DNA of 7,506 nucleotides from a virus (Duplodnaviria; Heunggongvirae; Uroviricota; Caudoviricetes): IMG/VR virus record IMGVR_UViG_2541047499_000011, positions 1 to 7,506 of that record; one strand, 5' to 3'. Shown piece by piece: positions 1 to 4,450 of this stretch (position 1 is its first letter; each line of letters starts with the position of its first letter). The notes under the pieces were generated by a model. It saw only the letters and a program-made list of their open reading frames with translations, ran no database searches and was not told where the DNA came from. The position numbers and the translations under genes were made by a program.

Positions 1-246
1 CGCTGGGTAAAGACACAGCCGTGTGCGTGTTGTGGTAAGCCAGCGGACGATCCTCATCATCTGATTGGTCATGGTCAGGGTGGAATGGGAACAAAATCCC
101 ACGATATTTTCACGCTACCGCTGTGTCGGGAGCATCACAACGAGCTTCATGCGGATCCGCTGGCGTTCGAAGAAAAGCATGGTTCCCAGGTTGATTTAAT
201 TTTTCGTTTTCTTGATCACGCTTTTGCAACCGGCGTGCTCGGGTAA
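1..246 (+). CDS. C-terminal fragment of a DUF968-like prophage protein (5' end lies outside the window); Cys/His-rich zinc-finger/HNH-like tail
   Basis: Frame 1 is open from position 1 to TAA at 244-246 and translates to ...CACCGKPADDPHHLIGHGQGGMGTKSHDIFTLPLCREHHNELH.... The CxxC...HH...C..HH pattern and the position just upstream of rusA and Q match the ydfU-type DUF968 gene of lambdoid prophages, from memory. Absent from the ORF track because it has no start codon in the window. Confidence 0.55.
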   Translation, partial: RWVKTQPCACCGKPADDPHHLIGHGQGGMGTKSHDIFTLPLCREHHNELHADPLAFEEKHGSQVDLIFRFLDHAFATGVLG

Positions 247-258
247 AAGAGGTTACTG

Positions 259-630
259 ATGCGTATAGAGTTTGTTTTGCCTTACCCGCCGACGGTGAAC
301 ACCTACTGGCGACGTCGTGGCAGCACATATTTTGTATCAAAAGCCGGTGAGCGTTATCGCCGGGCTGTGGCGCTTATTGTTCGCCAGCAGCGGCTGAAAT
401 TAAGCCTGTCCGGACGGCTGGCAATAAAAATTATTGCAGAACCACCGGATAAGCGCCGCCGTGACCTGGACAACATTCTGAAAGCACCGCTGGATGCGCT
501 GACGCATGCGGAAGTGCTCATTGATGACGAGCAGTTTGATGAAATCAATATTGTGCGCGGTCAGCCTGTGCCAGGTGGACGGCTGGGCGTGAAGATTTAC
601 GAAATCAGAGGTGGTAACGATGGCGCGTGA
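259..630 (+). CDS. rusA: Holliday junction resolvase RusA (crossover junction endodeoxyribonuclease)
   Basis: 123-aa ORF with the N-terminal [11 protein letters not shown] motif and the catalytic acidic cluster RRRDLDN typical of RusA. RBS AAGAGG at 247-252, 6 nt before the ATG. Its stop (628-630) overlaps the next gene by 11 nt. Confidence 0.85.
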   Translation: MRIEFVLPYPPTVNTYWRRRGSTYFVSKAGERYRRAVALIVRQQRLKLSLSGRLAIKIIAEPPDKRRRDLDNILKAPLDALTHAEVLIDDEQFDEINIVRGQPVPGGRLGVKIYEIRGGNDGA

Positions 631-991
631 TATCCAGATGGTTCTTGAGCGATGGGGGGCATGGGCAGCAAATAATCATGAAGATGTAACATGGCCCTCG
701 ATAGCTGCTGGTTTTAAAGGATTAATCCCGACTAAAGTGAAATCACGTCCTAAGTGTTCTGATGATGACGCCATGATAATTTGTGGTTGTATGGCACGAT
801 TAAACAAGAATAATCAGTATTTGCACGATTTGTTGGTGGATTATTACGTAGGTGGAATGACATTTATGGCTCTTGCACGTAAGCATAGATGTTCTGATGG
901 GCTTATTGGTAAAAGGCTTTATAAAGCGGAAGGTATTATTGAAGGAATGCTTATGGCTCTGAATGTCCGGTTAGATATGGATATGCGGTAG
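620..991 (+). CDS. quuD: Late-gene antitermination protein Q (QuuD-like, Phage_antitermQ family)
   Basis: Protein [25 protein letters not shown]...[14 protein letters not shown]...[20 protein letters not shown]... resembles the approximately 125-aa Q antiterminators of E. coli lambdoid prophages, from memory. Start placed at ATG 620 (RBS AGAGGTGG at 606-613) rather than the track's GTG at 611. Sits directly after rusA as in lambdoid phages. Confidence 0.8.
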   Translation: MARDIQMVLERWGAWAANNHEDVTWPSIAAGFKGLIPTKVKSRPKCSDDDAMIICGCMARLNKNNQYLHDLLVDYYVGGMTFMALARKHRCSDGLIGKRLYKAEGIIEGMLMALNVRLDMDMR

Positions 992-1082
992 GGATATATA
1001 GTGATGAGGGTTATGTTTTCTGTGTTTATAATTAACATGTTTATTTTTTGATGGTCATGTATTGTGGAAGGTAGATAAAATG

Positions 1083-1111
1083 TTGCCTGGTGAATTGAAA
1101 ATATTGATAAT
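1083..1111 (+). promoter_or_regulatory. Putative sigma70 promoter (TTGCCT, 17-nt spacer, GATAAT) upstream of the CPBP gene; could instead be part of the late promoter pR'/qut region
   Basis: -35 TTGCCT at 1083-1088, a 17-nt spacer, -10 GATAAT at 1106-1111, inside an AT-rich intergenic region immediately downstream of Q. Predicted from sequence only. Confidence 0.35.
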
Positions 1112-1142
1112 CAATCTTCATCATTAAATAAAAGGAGTGCTT

Positions 1143-1961
1143 ATGTGGATTGTGTTAGTACTGTCACTGTCAACTCTCAGTTGGCATAAGGTAGTGGCTT
1201 TTTCATTGTTGACGGTGTCTGTTGTCCTGGCTGTGCTTAATGATATTATTGATTGGTCGGTGTTATTTTTTGTTGCTACAATCGTTTTTTTTATTATTTT
1301 GAAGTTCAACTGGAAATATAACGCCTGGGCTAAATCTATATATGAAGTTGGCATAGTTTTATCAGCCATAGCATTATTTTTCCATCTATGGCCAGGGTTT
1401 CACAATCCTGTAGTGCTAAATTCTGTTACTGTTGGCCCTCAAAGTACTCCCTATACAATGTATTTTAATTTTGATAAAGCGCTGGTGCCATTTTTGTTAG
1501 TCCTGTGTACATCTTCTTTGTTTAAAAAAGAAGTAAAATCAGAAGTGTCTTTGTGGAAGTGGGGGGCTCTGTCGCTCTCTGTTCCTCTTATCCTGTTTTT
1601 GGCTGTTTTTTTTGGTGGATTAAAGCCAGAGATTCATTTTCCTGAGTGGTTGCCAGAGTTTATATTGGCTAATTTGTTTTTTGTGTCTCTGGCAGAGGAA
1701 TCATTATTTAGAGGGTATATTCAATCACGGCTATCAGAAGTAACGTCTCCATTGGTTGCATTAATTGTGGCGGCTTTGTTGTTTGGTTTTTATCACTATT
1801 CAGGTGGTGCTTTACTTGTATTATTTGCCACGTTATCTGGTGTTGTGTATGGATTGTCATGGATGTGGAGTGGGCGTTTGTGGGTTGCCACCCTTTTCCA
1901 TTTTGGTTTGAATCTGTGTCACTTGTTATTCTTTACCTATCCATTTTTAAAACATAATTGA
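1143..1961 (+). CDS. CPBP-family intramembrane metalloprotease (CAAX protease / Abi family) with multiple predicted transmembrane segments
   Basis: Highly hydrophobic 272-aa protein carrying all three CPBP motifs: EExxxR (EESLFR), FxxxH (FGFYH) and HxxxN (HFGLN). Start placed at ATG 1143 with RBS AGGAG at 1133-1137 (5-nt spacing); the track's GTG at 1137 overlaps the RBS. The gene is visibly AT-rich compared with the flanking phage genes. Confidence 0.8.
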   Translation: MWIVLVLSLSTLSWHKVVAFSLLTVSVVLAVLNDIIDWSVLFFVATIVFFIILKFNWKYNAWAKSIYEVGIVLSAIALFFHLWPGFHNPVVLNSVTVGPQSTPYTMYFNFDKALVPFLLVLCTSSLFKKEVKSEVSLWKWGALSLSVPLILFLAVFFGGLKPEIHFPEWLPEFILANLFFVSLAEESLFRGYIQSRLSEVTSPLVALIVAALLFGFYHYSGGALLVLFATLSGVVYGLSWMWSGRLWVATLFHFGLNLCHLLFFTYPFLKHN

Positions 1962-2101
1962 TTTTTTCTATGGTTTTAAATTTATAAGACTGAAAAATAG
2001 CAGGACGTGACATTTGCATGAAAAATATGCACGGCAAAGCATTTACGTACGTAAAAAATCAGGTATGCTGTTAAGAGTGGTTATTTCGCCGCATAGCTTG
2101 A

Positions 2102-2124
2102 CCCCGCCTCTGAGCGGGTTTTTT
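2102..2124 (+). terminator. Putative intrinsic terminator downstream of the CPBP gene
   Basis: Stem CCCGC (2103-2107) pairs with GCGGG (2114-2118) around a 6-nt loop, followed by TTTTTT (2119-2124). The stem is short, so confidence is moderate; the same GCGGG could alternatively pair with CCCGC at 2127-2131. Confidence 0.45.
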
Positions 2125-2247
2125 GTGCCCGCAAAGTAGCGCAGTGCGTTAAATGTGCTGGTAGTTATTAATACAGGTCTTTCAGCTTGCTGGCTTTTTC
2201 GACAAGAGTTATTGGTGTGTCACGTTAACCGGAAAGGGTAAAAAGAC

Positions 2248-2445
2248 ATGCTGAAACAGCAGGATATGACAGAAACCGCCAGAGTTGTGTTTGATGAATT
2301 AAGCGTCACCGAACCGGCGACGGTCGGGGAGATTGCGCAGAATACGTACCTTTCACGCGAGCGCTGCCAGTTAATACTGACCCAGCTGGTTATGGCGGGT
2401 CTGGCAGACTATCAGTTCGGTTGTTACAGACGCCTTCAGTCCTGA
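2248..2445 (+). CDS. Small hypothetical protein (65 aa), possibly a helix-turn-helix DNA-binding protein
   Basis: ATG at 2248 preceded by a purine-rich stretch (GGAAAGGGTAAAAAG). The segment TVGEIAQNTYLSRERCQLILTQLVMAGL looks like an HTH recognition-helix region. The stop codon lies inside the stem of a strong terminator. Confidence 0.5.
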   Translation: MLKQQDMTETARVVFDELSVTEPATVGEIAQNTYLSRERCQLILTQLVMAGLADYQFGCYRRLQS

Positions 2446-2455
2446 AGGCTTTTTT
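2432..2455 (+). terminator. Rho-independent terminator overlapping the stop codon of the 65-aa ORF
   Basis: Perfect 7-bp stem GCCTTCA (2432-2438) / TGAAGGC (2443-2449), 4-nt loop, then TTTTTT (2450-2455). Confidence 0.6.
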
Positions 2456-2472
2456 ATTTGTGGTAAATGGGC

Positions 2473-2503
2473 GGCTGGTGGGTGTAAGGGGCACCCACCA
2501 GCC
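2473..2503. promoter_or_regulatory. Perfect 12-bp inverted repeat in the methyltransferase leader (candidate operator or RNA hairpin)
   Basis: GGCTGGTGGGTG (2473-2484), a 7-nt spacer TAAGGGG, then CACCCACCAGCC (2492-2503), an exact reverse complement. No U-tract follows, so it is not a canonical terminator. A second near-palindrome CTGCTTTGCGCAAAAGCAG lies at 2535-2553. Confidence 0.4.
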
Positions 2504-2595
2504 ATCTGCTCATGCGTTGGGTTCACAAGCAAACCTCAGGCCCACTGCTTTGCGCAAAAGCAGAATGAGCCTATCAGAGACAGGCTTAATGATCC

Positions 2596-3654
2596 ATGCT
2601 TAATACTGTAAAAATATCCAGTTGTGAGTTAATCAACGCCGACTGCCTGGAATTTATGCGGTCGTTACCCGAAAATTCTGTTGACCTGATAGTCACGGAC
2701 CCGCCGTACTTCAAAGTGAAACCCGAGGGCTGGGATAACCAGTGGGCGGGTGATGAAGATTACCTGAAGTGGCTGGACCAGTGTCTTGCGCAGTTCTGGC
2801 GGGTGCTGAAACCTGCCGGAAGTCTTTACCTGTTCTGTGGCCATCGTCTGGCATCTGACACCGAAATCATGATGCGTGAGCGGTTTAACGTGCTGAACCA
2901 TATCATCTGGGCAAAGCCGTCCGGACGCTGGAACGGGTGCAACAAGGAAAGCCTGCGGGCGTATTTCCCCGCCACAGAGCGCATTCTGTTCGCAGAGCAT
3001 TATCAGGGGCCGTATCGTCCGAAAGATGCCGGGTATGAGGCGAAGGGTAGGACACTGAAACAGCATGTGATGGCCCCGCTGATTGCTTACTTTCGTGATG
3101 CGCGCGCTGTCCTGGGGATAACGGCAAAACAGATTGCAGATGCCACAGGAAAGAAAAACATGGTGTCGCACTGGTTCAGTGCCGGTCAGTGGCAGCTGCC
3201 GAACGAAAGCGATTATCTGAAATTACAGGCACTGTTTGCCCGGGTGGCAGAAGAGAAGCATCAGCGGGGTGAACTGGAAAAGCCCCACCACCAGCTGGTG
3301 GATACGTATGCCTCTCTGAACCGACAGTATGCGGAGCTGCAGAGTGAATATAAGCATCTGCGGCGGTATTTCGGTGTGACGGTGCAGGTGCCGTACACCG
3401 ATGTGTGGACGTATAAACCGGTGCAGTACTATCCAGGGAAACATCCGTGCGAAAAACCGGCAGAAATGTTGCAGCAGATAATCAGCGCAAGCAGTCGTCC
3501 GGGAGACCTGGTTGCAGATTTCTTCATGGGGTCGGGGTCGACAGTGAAAGCAGCGATGGCGCTGGGACGTCGTGCAACTGGCGTTGAACTGGAGACTGAA
3601 CGTTTTGAGCAGACGGTGCGGGAAGTACAGGATTTAATCATTCGTAACGGATGA
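2596..3654 (+). CDS. Orphan beta-class DNA methyltransferase (N6-adenine/N4-cytosine family; DPPY motif suggests N6-adenine)
   Basis: 352-aa protein with catalytic motif IV DPPY near the N-terminus (nt 2698-2709) and the AdoMet-binding motif I FFMGSGST near the C-terminus (about nt 3520-3540). This IV-then-I order defines beta-class amino-methyltransferases. No restriction endonuclease gene is adjacent. The RBS is weak. Confidence 0.9.
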   Translation: MLNTVKISSCELINADCLEFMRSLPENSVDLIVTDPPYFKVKPEGWDNQWAGDEDYLKWLDQCLAQFWRVLKPAGSLYLFCGHRLASDTEIMMRERFNVLNHIIWAKPSGRWNGCNKESLRAYFPATERILFAEHYQGPYRPKDAGYEAKGRTLKQHVMAPLIAYFRDARAVLGITAKQIADATGKKNMVSHWFSAGQWQLPNESDYLKLQALFARVAEEKHQRGELEKPHHQLVDTYASLNRQYAELQSEYKHLRRYFGVTVQVPYTDVWTYKPVQYYPGKHPCEKPAEMLQQIISASSRPGDLVADFFMGSGSTVKAAMALGRRATGVELETERFEQTVREVQDLIIRNG

Positions 3655-3694
3655 GATTGCGGAGTTAATCATGCGTCGTTATTATTCAGCAATC

Positions 3695-3770
3695 GGCCCT
3701 TTAGCTCAGCGGTGAGAGCGAGCGACTCATAATCGCCAGGTCGCTGGTTCAAATCCAGCAAGGGCCACCA
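3695..3770 (+). tRNA. ileZ: tRNA-Ile2 with CAU anticodon (lysidine type, ileX/ileZ-like); a tRNA-Met assignment cannot be fully excluded
   Basis: 76-nt cloverleaf folded by hand: acceptor GGCCCTT/AAGGGCC, D-arm GCTC..GAGC, anticodon loop CTCATAA (anticodon CAT), T-arm GCTGG-TTCAAAT-CCAGC, and an encoded CCA. It closely resembles E. coli ileX as recalled from memory. Confidence 0.8.
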
Positions 3771-3771
3771 A

Positions 3772-3837
3772 CCGCCACTAGCTCATCAGGAAAGAACGTC
3801 ACCCTGTGCGAGATTCGGAGTCCCCGGTGGCGGTCCA
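3772..3837 (+). pseudogene. Possible degenerate tRNA remnant between the two intact tRNA genes
   Basis: CCGCCAC (3772-3778) is followed by a TAGCTCA D-arm box, and its exact complement GTGGCGG (3827-3833) is followed by T and CCA. At 66 nt, with no foldable anticodon or T arm, it cannot be a functional tRNA. Confidence 0.25.
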
Positions 3838-3850
3838 TTATCGGTATTCT

Positions 3851-3927
3851 GCGTTGTTAGCTCAGCCGGACAGAGCAATTGCCTTCTAAGCAATCGGTCA
3901 CTGGTTCGAATCCAGTACAACGCACCA
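3851..3927 (+). tRNA. argO: tRNA-Arg with UCU anticodon (reads AGA/AGG; argU/argO-like)
   Basis: 77-nt cloverleaf folded by hand: acceptor GCGTTGT/ACAACGC, D-arm GCTC-AGCCGGACA-GAGC, anticodon stem ATTGC/GCAAT with loop CTTCTAA (anticodon TCT), T-arm ACTGG-TTCGAAT-CCAGT, discriminator A and an encoded CCA. Confidence 0.85.
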
Positions 3928-4245
3928 CACCACACTTATCTGCCCTGACTCTCTTTTGCGGGCTTTTTATTACAGGAAAGACACCGGACAGTGAAATGTT
4001 AAATGCCTCACAATTCAGGCAGTTGACTGTTGCCTGACATGCTGAGCGTTTGTTAAAAAAATCCTGCATGATGAATCCCCCTGAGCGGCGGGGCATAATG
4101 ACAGATGTTTGGTTGCGTATTGTATAGGCAAGTTGCGGATTCTGTCTGGTCATTGCAGAATTCACCGGGAGGCACCCGGCATCATGCTGTATACAGAGAT
4201 TAGGCATATATCCAGGCTTCTCATCGCAGGAGCCTTTTTACATGC

Positions 4246-4271
4246 AAAAAAAAGCCCGAGTGGGTTCGGGC
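4246..4271 (-). terminator. Terminator-like hairpin oriented for leftward (minus-strand) transcription
   Basis: On the + strand an A8 tract (4246-4253) precedes the hairpin GCCCGA (4254-4259) / TCGGGC (4266-4271). On the minus strand this reads as stem-loop followed by a T8 tract. No minus-strand gene is evident upstream of it. Confidence 0.35.
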
Positions 4272-4331
4272 AACAGCATGAGATACTTGCATTGTCATTT
4301 TTATCGTGTGGATTTTAACCAGGGTTTATAA

Positions 4332-4362
4332 GGCTGCGCAACTGCGCGGCCTTTTTCGTTTT
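4332..4362 (+). terminator. Rho-independent terminator upstream of the esterase gene
   Basis: 8-bp stem GGCTGCGC (4332-4339) / GCGCGGCC (4344-4351) with one G-U pair and the tetraloop AACT, followed by TTTTTCGTTTT (4352-4362). Confidence 0.55.
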
Positions 4363-4450
4363 GCGGGCTGCGGTTCTCCTCTTTTGATTCTCCTTGTGGC
4401 CGGACCGTGGCCCGCAACTGTTGAGGAAAATCCCGGAAAGGGGAGGAATA

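Noticed and set aside
110-340. Minus-strand 76-aa ORF
   Set aside because: Lies entirely antisense to the DUF968 fragment and the rusA start; no RBS and no recognisable protein features. Treated as a shadow ORF of the well-supported + strand genes.
354-548. Minus-strand 64-aa ORF inside rusA
   Set aside because: Antisense to a gene with clear conserved RusA motifs; Ser/Arg-rich composition typical of out-of-frame translation.
1124-1369. Minus-strand 81-aa ORF overlapping the CPBP gene start
   Set aside because: Antisense to the promoter, RBS and 5' end of a strongly supported membrane-protein gene; no RBS.
2421-2603. + strand 60-aa ORF spanning the terminator and the inverted-repeat leader
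   Set aside because: Runs through a strong terminator hairpin and the 12-bp inverted repeat and ends just inside the methyltransferase start. Better explained as a structured non-coding leader.
2665-3641. Several minus-strand ORFs (2665-3171, 2903-3127, 3223-3444, 3429-3641) inside the methyltransferase gene
   Set aside because: All are antisense to a methyltransferase with both catalytic motifs in the correct order; such shadow ORFs are expected in GC-rich coding sequence.
3857-4207. Minus-strand 116-aa ORF
   Set aside because: Its 3' portion is antisense to the tRNA-Arg gene (3851-3927) and the rest crosses hairpin-rich intergenic sequence; no RBS. Incompatible with the well-folded tRNA.
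4109-4318. + strand 69-aa ORF in the tRNA-to-esterase spacer
   Set aside because: Starts at a TTG with no RBS and reads straight through the 4246-4271 hairpin; composition is not protein-like. Kept in mind only as part of the empty-slot observation.
4394-4450. Track's 5' extension of the esterase ORF from TTG 4394
   Set aside because: No RBS for the TTG, whereas the ATG at 4451 has a strong GGGAGGA RBS and yields the MTFKHYDVV N-terminus expected for this esterase family.
3928-4450. Possibility that Shiga toxin genes are present after the tRNAs
   Set aside because: No ORF in any frame resembles an A subunit (about 315 aa) or a B subunit (about 89 aa); the region holds only short, signal-less ORFs. 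The prophage is called stx-negative in this window.
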